Below, piece after piece: positions 23,201 through 36,749 of a DNA stretch of 64,000 bases. Source of the DNA: Podarcis tiliguerta (Eukaryota); NCBI GenBank assembly GCA_965153285.1, contig OZ229116.1; one strand, given 5' to 3'. The first letter of the stretch is position 1; each line of letters starts with the position of its first letter. Position numbers and translations under genes: made by a program. The notes under the pieces are model-generated. The model saw only the letters and a program-made list of their open reading frames with translations. It was not told where the DNA came from and searched no databases.

Positions 23201-25684
23201 CTATCCCATTACAAAGAGAGATGTTAGAGTGAAACACCCACTATCTAGGTAATTTGGAAGCCCTTGCCAGTTTGTTGGTTTGCTTCTAAGCCTTTTCTGC
23301 TATTCTACCTAGTGGGGAAGTGATTGGTACCCAACAGAAAATAATTCAGGTATCTAGAGAGCTCATGGTGTTTCTGATCCAGGTTTCATTTCATACCATC
23401 CTCGCCCCCAAGGGATTTTTCTGACGCTAAAAATCACAATTAAGGCCAATTTCATGGGCAGACATTTATCTGAATGAGTAGGGGTTATGCCATCCCTTCA
23501 AAGTAGACCAGTGTTGTTATACCAATTTTGCAGAGGTGGGAAATGTAATGTATGACAACCCTAAACCCAGTGATGTTAACTCGGTACTTTGGGATTGTAT
23601 TTTGGGGAGGAGGGAGAGCTTTTAACACTTGGATTAAAAAATGATTATCATCAGCTCCCAGCCACAATGGCTATGTCTTATGCCCACTTTGATAGGCTGC
23701 AATATCAGATGCTGGGACTCACAGGTGAAGAAATAGGTCTTGTGCTCAGGTTCTGTTTGTGGGCATCCCATGGGCACCTGGTTGGCCACTGTGAGAACAG
23801 GATTTAGGACTCAATAGATGTTTGGCCTGATCCAGCAGGGATCGTCTTATGTTCTTACTGCACGTTTCCCTGCTGTGACTCCAATTTAGCCAATAAAATT
23901 TTAGCTAGAAACTTGGAATCTCTTTTCTTATTAGGAGGAAGAGATACACAGCTGTTCTTATGGACAGCAGCCCTGCATTCCCCCTTAATACATAGTTCTA
24001 ACTTTTGCATCCTATTGAGTCTGGTAGGATCAGGCCCTTTACTTAACAAAATGCCATGAACTGGAGTGTTGAAATTACCAAGAAATTCTATGCCGTTTTA
24101 ACACAGTCAGGAAATTCAAAGCAGACACTTGGGCTTTTTTTTGAGTTTAGACCTTGTAAGAAAGAAAGACGAAGTCACACAATACAATCAATTATGGTAA
24201 TAGGCAGCGACAGGCTTAACAGAATAACCTGGCTTTTATCAGTCTGAGTTAAAGTCCTAATGTTATTTAAATGCAGATGTCTATTTTCCCCTTCTACATA
24301 CACTTACTTAATTCCCATTCATGGCCAAAGGAACAAGCTGTCAAAGGGGATTGTGTAGTTGTCCTCATCAGACATACTGAAGGCTGAGCGTGAACATACT
24401 TTTGTTGAAGAGAGTTCAGAAATAATTAAATTCATTCTACCTTGATGGAGGGTAGTACTCTAGATGAGTCTGAAGATGCTCTTCCCAGTTCAAATGAGTC
24501 ATATATATATAAAGCAAAATCATTAATGTCAATAGCAAACAATGAACTTCTCCTTTTCTAGTGTTTCATCTTTTGAAAATGAAGGGGAAAAGATTAACTG
24601 TGAGCGTATGAAAGGCACAATTTGTATAGGACTGATGCAATAATTATATCAAGTACTTTCTGGTGATTTTTTTAAACCACAGATCCCATAAACTGGTTGT
24701 GCATTCCCAGTCCAGAACTGGGGGTGGGGGGTGGGGTATATTCTCCAAAATACATGAGTTGTCTTCTATTTCCATCTTCCTCTTGGGCATCTTTTGCACA
24801 AAGGGAAGAGTTAGGATGAAAGTAGGCATCATGATAAGACAGTCAACTTGTTCCTGAAAATGGCAGCTATGGCTATGGATTTCCTTGTAAAAGGAAAGCA
24901 GATGATAATATGATAATAGTTTTCCATAGAAGGGGTTACATGGAGATTTAACATTAACATGTGGAATCTCTATTGCATACCATCTTGAAAACATTTATTC
25001 CCCTTACGAGTGAAACTGTGGATAAACATTTCATCCTATCCTTCATTAAAATTTAGTAGGAATGCTTGTGGGGCGGGGTGAAATTAAACTGGCACAAGGG
25101 GCTGCATCTGGCTCCTGGGTGGCTACTTGACCCTCACTTTTACAGCACATCCCTTGCTTCCATATCAGCTATTCATTATGCAAAGTGCATTAAAGTCTGC
25201 TCAAAGTCCTCGATTCAGCAGCCCCTTCACAGGTTTCATTTTTATAACTGCAGCGAAATTAGTGAATCACAATTATGTACTTTCATATGAATAATTCATC
25301 TAAAAAGGGGCCCTGTAAAATGAAAGTAGATGATTATATGATAACAGTTTTCCATAGAAGGGGTAATGCACCTGCCCATTAGTTACAACAAGAACAGTGA
25401 CAAGGCCCATTAATTATGTCATAAAAACAGTTCATGCCTCAGATCTTAACTAATGCAGTCCCGATAATGGTAGGACAAAGCACACCTTAGCCTCTGTGTT
25501 TTAATAAAGTGAAATTGGTGGAATCAATGTGAACTTTGCATAATTTCTCCCCCTCTTTTCCTGCTGCTGGATTTACTAATGTTCCTTTCATAACTGTGAA
25601 AGAACTGCTGGAGAAAATAGATGGTGTTTGTGTCCAGTTCCTAACATAGACCATTCACTCCAGCAAGGTAACTTCAGAAGCCTT

Positions 25685-25960
25685 AGTCTGCACTAACAGA
25701 AGCATAGTGTCCCGAAAACAAGGAGTAACAGGTCCATTCTATACTGTCTTCGTCTGGCTGTATCCACAGTACTTGATGATATCCAGTGTTACTCCTACTC
25801 AGAGTAGGACCATTTTAATGGGCCTACACTGAGTATGGCTTAGTTGAGCATCACCCACTTCTGTCCAATTCTGGGTGCCACATTTTCAGAGGGACATAGA
25901 CAAACTGGAGAATGTCCAGAGGAGAGCAACCAAGAGGTCTTGAAGTTAAATCTTATGAGA
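25685..25960 (+). mobile_element. Degenerate CR1 ORF2 fragment
   Basis: ...ccaattctgggtgccacattttcagagggacatagacaaactggagaatgtccagaggagagcaacc = QFWVPHFQRDIDKLENVQRRAT. Confidence 0.75.
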
Positions 25961-25964
25961 AACA

Positions 25965-26300
25965 GGCTACATCTGCACTATACCACAAAAGCAGTATCAT
26001 GCCACTTTAAACAGTCGCAGCTTCCCCCCAAGAATCCTGGGAACTGTAGTCTATTAAGCATGCTAAGAGTTGTTAGGAGACCACTGTTTCCCTCACACAG
26101 CTAAAATTCCCAGGGTGGTTTAGTTGTCAATCCTTCTTTCCAGGAAATTCTGAAAATTGTAGCCCTGTGAGGGGATGTGTATCTCCTAACAACTCTCAGC
26201 ACCCTTTACAAATTACTGTTCCCAGAATCCTTTGGAGGAAGCCATGACCGTTTAAAGTAGTTTCATAGTGGTTTGGATGTATGGTGCCGTTAATGTGGCC
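25965..26300. mobile_element. Palindromic Harbinger-like MITE
   Basis: Same family as 11348-11677. Confidence 0.7.
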
Positions 26301-26789
26301 CATCAGTTTCACCCAGCACAACCAGCATTCAACCACTTCAGGAAAAACACAAGTTCCCACTACTGGAACTGGGTTCAAGCATACAAAAAGACCACAGTCG
26401 GGACATTTTATTGTACCAAATAGCCCTTATTTAGTGGAAGTGATCTTCAAATGGCAAGGAAGCCTTAGAAATGCCCACTTTACTGCACTTGAAACAGTCT
26501 TGTTTCATCTATGTCTTGTTTTCTTTACACTCGCAAGATTTCTTCTGCTCCTGAAAACAAGCTTTGAGTATATTTATGTAGACAGCAAAATAATTTTAGA
26601 AGCCTGTTTAGACTTACACGGCAAATAAACATTGTGAGGAGAACCCTACAGAGAGAAGGATGTGTTCTAGTTAGATTTTTTTTCTCCAGGGTGGGGAGAG
26701 AAATATAATGTCAAACCATGATTAATAAACCTCATGGAAATATAAAAAGCCTTTGGACAGCTTATAGAAACAAACTGCACATGCACACA

Positions 26790-26790
<1 letters not shown>

Positions 26791-26820
<30 letters not shown>
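26791..26820. repeat. (AC)n microsatellite
   Basis: Direct reading. Confidence 0.9.
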
Positions 26821-26823
<3 letters not shown>

Positions 26824-27324
26824 GCCAGAAAATCAAAGGACTATATATATCAAATAATCCTTTCATGGCACTTGTGTTTGTTACCAAGGCTATAATTAAT
26901 ATTTTGCTCCCAAAGTGCTTATCCTCCAGGCTTTGCTATGGCTAGCTCTCCTCCCTATTGTTCTTCCTCTTATTCTGTGAAAGCTTGTACAGTTTGGATT
27001 AAAAAGAAGAGCCCTGCCAAGATGGCTTTTGTCTGCGCTGTTGATATGAACCCACATGTGGTGTTAAAAATGCATCTGCGGAGTCAAGGGGCAGCAGCAG
27101 GGCTAATGTAGCAAATGGAAGGAATGTTCTCTTGGCAGGAAACAAGGCCAATAGCAGCAGGCAGTGCTCTCAAATGGCTGTCAGGTCCACCAACCCAGGC
27201 CCCATCCGCACTGTGCATTTAAGGCAGTATCATACCACTTTAAAAAAATAGTGACTTCCCCCAAGGAATCCTGGGAACGGTAGCTTGTTGTTATATTTAT
27301 TTACTCCCAGAACCAGGACTCTAG

Positions 27325-27662
27325 CAGACCCTCCAAGTGCCCCTATTTTCCAGGGATGTCCGTGGTTTAGAGAAGCTGTCCCAGTTTCTGATTTGATCCC
27401 AGAATGTCCCACTTTTCCTTAGGATGTCCCTGCTTTCATCAGAGGGTATGTTCGACCCTTGAGCCGTCTGAAGGCAATCCTGTAGAGGGAAGTGTTTTTT
27501 TTAAAAAAAAAAAAGTTTCATGTTTTATTATGTTTTTATATTTGTTGGAAGCTGCCAAGAGTGGCTGGGGCAACCCAGTAAGATGTGTGGGGTATAAACA
27601 GTAAAATTATTATTATGGAATGGGACATCCCTATTTTCATCAGAGAAATGTTGGAGGGTATG
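27325..27662. mobile_element. hAT-like MITE containing an L2 3'-tail segment
   Basis: Termini cagaccctccaa / ttggagggtatg, tgtccc subterminal repeats, ctctag on both flanks. Confidence 0.7.
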
Positions 27663-29474
27663 CTCTAGGCAGCTCCCCAAAATTAAAACAAGCATGAATA
27701 AAAGATAGAAATCTAAATAGAAATTAAATAGTTAGAACGTAATTAAAGGATGAGAAAATTAAAATGATATAAAAACAAATACAGATAAAAACAATGCAAC
27801 AGCTTTCCTTAAAAGCAACTAGCTCCCCAAAGCCTTGAATAAAACAAGATTGAGCTGCCGGAGGAAGGATAACTCTGCCACACAGCGACAGTCATACCAG
27901 TCTACCCTGAAGTAAGCCCCACTGTGTTCGATATGACCCACTCCCAGGTAAGTGTGTTTTGAATTACAGTATGTTTCATCCTTTGTTTTGGATTGTCACC
28001 CCAATTTATATTAATTAGTTCAGAATTTGATAGTGACATTAGAGTGAACTTGGCTATTTTGGTTGTAGAGAACAGACTGATGAAGAGGAAATTGTAAGAA
28101 ACTGCAGTCAGTAAGAGATGGGCAAAATGGCTAATTGGAGGGCATTATTCTGGTGGCTATGCATCATGCACAATATTTGGTTTAGACCCTAATTCGGTGC
28201 TTCAAGAAACAGCCTGCCTTGGTCCAAAGCATTTTGTAGTATGGCTGCTTCATCTCAGCAACTGTCCAAGTCCTCATCAACTCCCATCCCTATGTTGTTC
28301 ACTCTGTAGAAATTTTAAACTGGCTGTAACTTTTGCATACGTGCTTGTTGCTGCAAAGCTTTCCAAAGTACAAGCAAGTACATTCAGAGTTGGATTGTTG
28401 TTTTTTGTGTTTTTTGTTTGCACATTTAAAGTTGTTATTTTTTTAAAGATGGAAAAGAAAACATAGTATTTTTTATTTTAAAAAATCAGAGCAGAAGTGG
28501 ATGAAATTTGCAGGCAAAGGTCCTGTTAGAAGACATAAATCATTTTAAATGTCAAAAGAATGTCTGCAGTGGTTTCCCCACAAAGGCAGCAGTTTTGTAA
28601 TATATATATTTAAAATAATCACTTGATCTCAGTGTCCTGTGGGCAATTGTTGTGGAAATTGTCAATTTGGGAGAAGTGCCCCAGGGTGAGAAAATTGCCA
28701 AATAGGCACAGGGCTATGCACATTACAATTGATTTTGAAGGAGAAGAACTGAAAGGGATTCACTTTCCTGGCAAAATCATTCCCTCTGGTTATGAGCTTG
28801 GCCTGTCAGTCCCAATAGAGGTTTCCCTCTCTCTACACAAGTACTCTTCCTTTCCCCATCACCGTTACATTTTCCTTATTTTGTAAGTTTAAAGACATCT
28901 AGTCATGCTTATTTCAGGCATTTCTCTCAACAGCATATTTATTTGATTATTTTACATCTAGATTGCTGAAGCAGCTCAAACCACTTCAGGAGTCTTTGCC
29001 TTGACTCGTGCTGCCTCTCATCGATCCCGCTTCACCTATGAAAAGGCAGAAATCCCTCAGAGGCACCCTGCTGTCAGTCACAATTTGGAATTAGTCTGAA
29101 TCTGATGCACTCCCATACATTCCACTTGCTGCCCACACCATTATGTCTTAGCATTATGTCTCTCTCATTCCTTGGGAATGGCATGCTTTAGGTTATAAAC
29201 ACAATCAATGGGCTCTAGTTACCAATTTGGTGGATTTAAGGGCAAGTATAACTATCCTTACAGTCAATATGCAGGTTTTTTCCATTGGGTTATTGCAGAA
29301 AGGGTCTACTCTTCATCCTGAAGTGGTTTGCATTACTATTTACCTCTAATAACTTATTTCAACAGGTGAGATTGAAGTAGATGCTTAACTCAAGTACTAC
29401 CTTTGAACAACATTATCTGAATGGGCATGTTGCCCAATAAACTGGTTAATGCTTTTTTGTGGGGAGAGGAGAAG

Positions 29475-29570
29475 ACTGTGATCCTTTGTGCACTTACCTG
29501 GGATTAAGTCCCATTGACCTCAAGGTAGATTAGCTAGCATGCAAGTAAAACATGCATATGATCTGATGAA
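29475..29570. repeat. Short palindromic squamate repeat (cacttacctggga.taagtcccattga family)
   Basis: Related copies near 1955-2020, 17135-17210, 27890-27970, 33750-33800, 61720-61810. Confidence 0.55.
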
Positions 29571-31234
29571 GTGTTAGTTTTCCAGCCAAACACTTCCCAT
29601 TGGTTTTATTAGGATATATTTAAATACATATTGAACTCAACAGCTTAGCTTTGGCCAGATCATGACTAGAAAACACAATATGCAGGCTGATTTTATGCAT
29701 GTGTCTTTTTACTGCCCCCAAGATTACAAAGTAAAGTTTAGTCTTCTCCTTCTTACACATTTCTCATGTATGCATCTGCAAGCAAATGCCTACAAGCATT
29801 AACCTCTACACATGCCAGTCTTCTCTGTGTTCTGGAACATCAATTGGGTAAGGCTTTTGCTTACAGAAATCCAGTCGTGATGCATGAACACTGAAGAGGC
29901 ATAATAGCATAGTGGTAGCATGCATGTTTTGCATGCAGAAGGTCCCGGGTTCAACCCCACACCTCTCCAAGCAAGCCAAGTCAATGTTGACACAAAATGA
30001 ATTAGATGCGTCAGTGGTCTGACATGTTATAACACAATTTCCTATTTCCTGATTTGGGATTACTGCAAAATCTCATGAGCAGAGGCGCAGTCCCACTCAG
30101 CCCAAGTACTCAGCTACATTAGTAAAAATAAAACGTTATAAATATCTTATAACACTGTGACACCAGATGGTGCTGTAGAGCTGAAATCGGAATTCTATTA
30201 AATTTTCCATTGTGAGCTTTACAGTGTTTTTTTCAGAGCGTTTTTTTAATAGCTGTGTAGATGTGGCCCAATTCTGTGCATGACTCCCCAAACAAACCAT
30301 GCCATGAGGACAATAGAGAGTACGGCTGTTTTTCAGTCTGCAAAATTAAGAAGTTGCTAACTTTTTGTTCAGTTACAGCTTTGAAAGCATGAGCAATATC
30401 TTTTTGACCTTCTGGTCAAACTGCTGATAATTATTTTACTCCATGAGGCTGTATTAAAAGGTTACTCTGAGAAATGTCAAAAATCAATGACACCATTGAC
30501 CTAAATGGGAGACAAAAAAAATAAAATAGATTATACCCTTGATTGCTAATGTAACTAATCTGGCTCCAAAGACTCTGGCTGACATTTGCCACAATCTTGA
30601 AAAGGAGCCAGTTCAAACTCTTTACATATTATTATCAGGGGGGTGGGGGGTGCCCTTATTTTCAAACGCCCAATATCTTTTGGGTGAAGTTGGCTGCTGA
30701 ACATATTTCACGGTCTAAACAACTGGATTTGAGTTTCCTCAAAACTCCCAGACATTCCCAACTGGAAATCAGAACTATCCACAGAACAGCTTGACTGGCA
30801 ATCTGTATCTTTTTTTTTTTTTTTCAGTGGCAGGCCCCCCTCCTCATAGTCATATATCAAAACTTTATGCTACCCTCAGAATTGTCTTGGTTGTATTACC
30901 CAGTGTTTCTTGTTTTCTGGGTTGTGGTTTTTGGGTTTTTTTAGCAGGTTCTGTGTTGAAGCTAATGGCAGGCCTTCCACCCTTTTTTCCTTGCATGGAT
31001 TCTGTGTCTTCAACTGCTAAGTAACAGGCAGAAAGTCAATGGGAGAAGTGTCACACAACATCTCCCTGCTAGATAAGACTGCACCTGGTGATTTTCTACC
31101 TGTCGTGCAACTGTAGCAATGCATAAAGGAAGGCAAACTTATTATTAAATGTGACAGGTTTAAATCAAAGGCGTCCACCGCCGTCTCAATTTTTTTTCAG
31201 TTGAAACATGCAGTGGAACAATTGCAGATAAAAT

Positions 31235-31545
31235 GTAGAATACCACATACTTATGCTCCATTTGAGAAGCTTTTATCACTGATAAAAAGAAGGCAATTAA
31301 AAATATACCTAATTCTTTCCCAGTTGAAAAGGGAACAATTGCACCCATGGCATAAGAGAAAATGGGACGAGGACTTGACAAAATGTAACTTAACAATGTC
31401 ACAAGCAGAATGGATACTGGGTGCTCAAGAATATCCTGAATTATTAAACATCAATCTGAAAGAAAACTTCTAAAAGACAAAATTTCAATCGTAACACGCA
31501 CCTCAAAATACTGATTGCGGGAGATGTAATGAAACCAAGGCAGCT
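31235..31545 (+). mobile_element. Degenerate L1 ORF2 fragment
   Basis: KRKWDEDL...W...NINLKENF*K...CGRC resembles the non-mammalian L1 region leading into the C-terminal Cys-rich domain. Confidence 0.55.
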
Positions 31546-32889
31546 GGCAGGAGCAGTCCTATGCAGAAACTGCTGTAAAGCAATATGGCCTATGTTAAGG
31601 CAGTGTAAATTTACGCCAGATCCGAACCCTGTTCAGGAGCAAGGTTGTTGTTGGCTGAGTTGGTCCGAGCCTGCCAGAGGGGAAACAAGCCTTTAAAGGA
31701 TGTCTTTCAGTGCTGGTTTCTGGGAATCAGAAGTAGGGAGAATGTTGCTGTGCTCAGGTCCTGTTTTCGGGCTTCCGTTGCACATCTGCTTGTGAGAACA
31801 GGGTGCTCAACTAGACAGACTACTGACCTGATTCAGCAGACTCTCCTGATGTTCGTAAAACATGTTTTCATGGCAGTGAACAACACCTCTACCTCATAGA
31901 ACTTCAGCATGTGTATTTTTCCCCCTCTGCTAAATACTGGAGGACTTGTCTGAGATAAGAAATATGTTATGCATTTATTTATTTAGAATATGTGTTTGTG
32001 TGTGTGTGTTTATATACAGGTCGTTAAAATATCATAATGGAGTACAACAAAATGTATACAATAAAGCTTTACAACACCATTAAAAACCCGGTAAAAGAAT
32101 TAATAATTAAACTAACTGGCTAATAAAAGGTTTAAACAACTGCATAGGCAGGTCAGCATAAAAAAAGGTCTTTGCCTGAAAACGGCCTCAAAACCCGAAC
32201 TTTGGAAATAGAGGAGATGATGTTTAATTGTGGACATTTTTATTTAGGCTCTTACATACGTAAATAACCGGACAGCCGATACCATAATACCAAGGGTGGC
32301 TAGTAATACTTAAAGCCACTTAGACAAATTTGAATAACGGCACTGATTTGGAACAAAAAAGCTTCTCTTGTGCCCAGACAGGGACAGTTAACAGAACAAC
32401 TCGTACTGAAGCAGAAATCCTAGCTGAGAATGTGAAAAAGCTTTATATAGATCAGCAGATGCTGCCCTCTATTACGCTCCATGACTGTGCTCTGAGGTCT
32501 TGCACAGGTTCCTCTATTCTCAAATGCTCCACACTTTATATGTTTGCCATGTTAATCAATAGTTGACCCTGTATTTATGCTAATTGTTTGTTCCTTTCCC
32601 TGGATCAGAGACTACAGACAGGGATCAGGTTCAACAGCAGCTGGGGAGAGTCTAACGAAATGTCAAAAGGATGGAGCATAAAGCACCATAGTCAGAGGTT
32701 GGAGGAGATGTGTATTAAAAGTACTTGGATGAATCAGGAATCACTCACATAGTCTATTATATCTTGCATAATACCAGATAAAATTAGGGTCGGGATGGGC
32801 GGGTTGCCCTGTCTACCTGCCACCAACAATTTGGCATAGAATGAAATAGATTTCTGACTCCTATGTAGGGATCAAATATAAATACACAG

Positions 32890-32957
32890 CTGCATTGCAG
32901 GGGTTTGGACTAGATGACCCTCAAGGATGCTTTAAACTCTACAAGTCTATGATTCTC
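32890..32957 (+). mobile_element. CR1/SINE 3' tail fragment
   Basis: gcaggggtttggactagatgaccctc...tctatgattct. Confidence 0.7.
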
Positions 32958-33031
32958 TGCTTGCCGGTCAGGCTTCCAGAGGTGGGTGGAAAGAAACCTC
33001 ATAGAGTGACATGATCTCATGTTCTCTATCT

Positions 33032-33351
33032 CAGTGGTTCCCAAACTCTGCTCCCACCCCCACCTGACCCCCATGGACCACCTAAGAATTGCTGAGGGTC
33101 TTGGTGGACCACTTAACGACAGTGCACTATGCTAGTGAATCTATTATTTTTAATTGTGTTTTTATTGCTTCTTTTGCTTCTTATATTGTATTGCAATTAG
33201 TCTTCCGTAAAATTCAATGTATAACACAGCAAAATACAATATAAGAAATAAAAGAAACAGTAAAAATACAATTGAAAAGTCCATATAGATATTTTATGTG
33301 GACATGTCGTGGGCTCCTGGTGGTCAGTACACTGAAGCTTAGGAACCCCTC
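33032..33351. mobile_element. hAT MITE with internal AT-rich inverted repeat
   Basis: cagtggttcccaaac / ttaggaacccctc; perfect 8-bp TSD ctctatct. Confidence 0.85.
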
Positions 33352-33908
33352 CTCTATCTACATGCAGTAGAGAGAGAGAAAATCAATCAGTGTTTGTTCA
33401 TTTTTGTGTAAGCCCTTCTCAGCTCATATGACTAGTAACACCCACACCCATAAACACATTGAGTAGGAACCTCACTATGCTTTTACTCAGGCAGTGGTTC
33501 TCTCTCTGCATCTCTCTGCACTCATAAAAACAAGGAGAGGGCAAATTGTAAGGGTGTTCATAGTTTTCGGATGCTTAGTTGTGGTTTACTGCTACCTGAC
33601 ACTGCTGATCATGTTTCTGTAGATATGAATTTATTCATTTTATTATTTTTAAATTAAATGTATACATTATCCTTCCTCTCTCAAAAGAGCCCAGGGTGGC
33701 ACATTAGGGATGATTGCAAGTGATCAGAGTATTTTGTGACCCCAAAAACACTTACCAAGTGAGTCAACCTCATTGAATGCAGTGGCACTTACTTCCAAGG
33801 TCTAAAAAAACATAAGTAGAGAGGAATGAGTGAAGAAGTAGAGTGTAATGATACATATATTTGAACTAACTAGGTAGGGCAGGTAAAAAGACATTTTAGT
33901 ATCTAAGC

Positions 33909-34112
33909 CAGGGATAGGCAAGCCTGTGGGACAAGGGAATCAGCATGTTTTTACATGAGTAGAATGTGTGTTTTTATTTAAAATGCATCTCTGGGTTATT
34001 TGTGGGGCATAGGAATTCATTCATATTTTTTTCCCCAAAATATAGACCAGCCCACCACATGGTCTGAGGGACAATGGACCAGCCTACAGCTGAAAAAGGT
34101 TGCTGACCCCTG
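33909..34112 (-). mobile_element. hAT (Charlie/OC1-like) MITE
   Basis: Perfect 8-bp TSD atctaagc; reverse complement of the family at 58261. Confidence 0.88.
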
Positions 34113-34417
34113 ATCTAAGCCATAGGAGAGAAGTAACCGGATTGGCAGTTGACTCTTACATCAACAATGGTGATGTACCATACCTGAAGTCAATGGACTA
34201 GTTTAGTGGGTGCAAAGATAGGCTGCATTGCTCACACAGCTTTGTCCTCCAACACCTCAATGCCATTCCCTGCTGCCCAGCATCTGCCACCTGAGGCAGC
34301 TCCCTCGGTCTACCAAACAGTAGGACTGCCCTGCAACTAGTCTGAATGTTTGTGATGAGCTTGGAGCCTTACCACAACTTTATAACCAGTACACTGACCA
34401 AGGGTTCTAGACTATTA

Positions 34418-34658
34418 CAGTGGTACCTCGGGTTAAGAACTTAATTCGTTCTGGAGGTCCATTCGTAACCTGAAACTGTTCTTAACCTGAGGTACCACTT
34501 TAGTTAATGGGGCCTCCCACTGCCAACACAGCACCACTTCACGATTTCTGTTCTCATCCTGAAGCAAAGTTCTTAACCAAGGTACTATTTCTGGGTTAGC
34601 GGAGTCTGTAACCTGAAGCATCTGTAACCTGAAGTGTCTGTAACTCGAGGTACCCCTG
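34418..34658. mobile_element. Tc1/mariner (Tigger-like) MITE
   Basis: TIR cagtggtacctcgggtta; TA TSD; internal taacctgaag repeats. Confidence 0.92.
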
Positions 34659-35808
34659 TACTTCAGTCCCCATATTTAAAATATTTTGAAATAAGAGATT
34701 ATAGCAGTTTACAAGCTAGAGGTAGGATCATTCACAGTTTGGGGGCTAGCCATTTGTATTTCTAAATTAATTCCTAGTAAGTATCCTATTAGAAAACAAA
34801 TGCAAAATGTGCATAATATATTTTGCACGGGGTGCAGTTGTGTTAAAGGAAAGCATAGTTGATCAAATATATGAGTTCTTTGGAAGATACACATTTCTAA
34901 TGACCACTGGATTTATTAGGGCATTACTGCAAAGTCTATGTTCCAAGTTTCATTTGAAATAGGAAAGTTGCTCACAGCCTGGTATGTAATTGCTTAGACA
35001 AAAGGAGTGTTATCTACCAAATGTCACACACAGAGGCATCCATCTTCTTCTGTATTATCTTTCCATGCTGTATCATGACATATTTACTCAATACATCAGG
35101 ATAACGTTGCTGTTCAGCAAAGTGTCATCATTGACCTCCGTGGAATGTCCTGTTCATTTTAATAGGATGGAGAATATATATATTTTTGCATAATAGCCTG
35201 ATTACATGTACTCCCAGCTTCAAAAAATAGTTCACATGATGGTGTGCTTACTCCATAAAACAGAGCAGCAATCATTTAATTGCTTTCCTCCAGAATAACA
35301 AAAGATTATATACCATTGGTTTGTATAATAGTCCTACTACCTAAAATGACATTGAACAAAATGTTGCCCAAACCAAAACCCTTGAATTTACACTCCTATT
35401 AATTGTGATAAAAGTACATATTCAACATAGCAAGGGTACAAATTTAGCAATACACTAGATACAACAATTTAATGGGAGTATATTGTTGCACACTCCCCAA
35501 TCTCTGAGCGGCAAGAGACTCCAAGCATGCCTGCACTTTCCCAGGGTTCAGTGTCAATGGAAGTAAGGTCAATGGAGACTATGCTATCTTTAGCATATAT
35601 GATTTTATACACTCATGCATATACAACACAAGCATAGATTGAAAGGGCTCACAACAGATCTTGCTTTCCCATTAGCTTTCTAGGGAACTCCCAAGTCACA
35701 GCTTTGAGTCCAGCACTGAACAATATGTGTGTCTGTCTCCAGTTTCCACCATCAGACAAAATGGACTCACACACAACCCCACTTCACCTATTCTCCTTCT
35801 TCGGATGA

Positions 35809-36405
35809 TGTCAGGAGCCAGCCAACAGTAAATCACACTGTTCAAGATGGAATTAACTCTTTATTAGCAAGAACACTATCTGCACAGACTTGGCGGAGTC
35901 TCAGGCCTAAGGAACACAGCAGTTCATTCCCAGTGGATCAGTTGCTGAGACTGAAAGTCCCTGCCTCCCCACAGCTGGCTAAGTCCCCTCCACTCCAGGG
36001 TTTTTCCACCAAGCAATCAGATACTGTAGCTGTGTGAAGTTAACCTCTACTCCACCCTTTTCATGACTCTTCTGGTTCTGGGAGACCAGGGTGGGAGGGG
36101 AGCTTGTCATAGCAGGAGGGGGAGACACCCTTGACTCTTCACTAGCCTGACTCATTTCTGCCTATTGGTCTCCCTCATCCCCTGCTTCAGCTTCTGAGAC
36201 TGATTCTGGACTTCTATCTGCCACAGACTCTCCCAGCTCACTAAACCCTATTACCTCTACAGCTTCTGACACCTCCTCTTCCCTCTTCCCCCTCTGACCA
36301 TTAATTGTTGTCCCACCACCAGTCTGTGGGTCTGAACTTTCTTCCCTTGGTGGTTCACTAGTTGATTCCTCCCACAATTCCTCTGCATTCAACCAGTCCA
36401 TGACA
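35809..36405 (-). mobile_element. Solo LTR (probably Gypsy-type)
   Basis: tgtca...tgaca termini; minus-strand AATAAA (tttatt ~35860); acidic ORF 36162-36401; no TSD seen. Confidence 0.75.
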
Positions 36406-36544
36406 CATACGCAGGCTCACAGGTTTGGAAAGAACCCATGGGTATTGTCCAGATTGGTTTTCCCCAAACCCTCAAAGTCTGTATTTGTTTTAATTTGTTT
36501 TAGTCTATTATATTGTGGTTTTAACTTTCTGTATGTTTTAAATT

Positions 36545-36749
36545 CTCTCCCCAGAATACAATTCCCAGAGTTCCCTGTGAAGAGGGATTGATTGCAGACT
36601 CTGGGAACTGTAGGTCTGTGAGAGGAATATGGATCTCCTAACAACTCTCAGGAATCTTAACAAGCTGCAGCTCCCAGAATTCTTTGGGGAAGCCATGACT
36701 GTTTAAAGTGATATCATAGGACTTTAAATGTATGGTGCGAATGTGATCC
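36545..36749. mobile_element. Harbinger-like MITE, right half
   Basis: ctcctaacaactctcag...catgactgtttaaagtg core. Confidence 0.65.

Noticed and set aside
28075-28115. Hammerhead-like ctgatga...gaaactgcagtc
   Set aside because: No pairing for stem I or stem II; probably chance.
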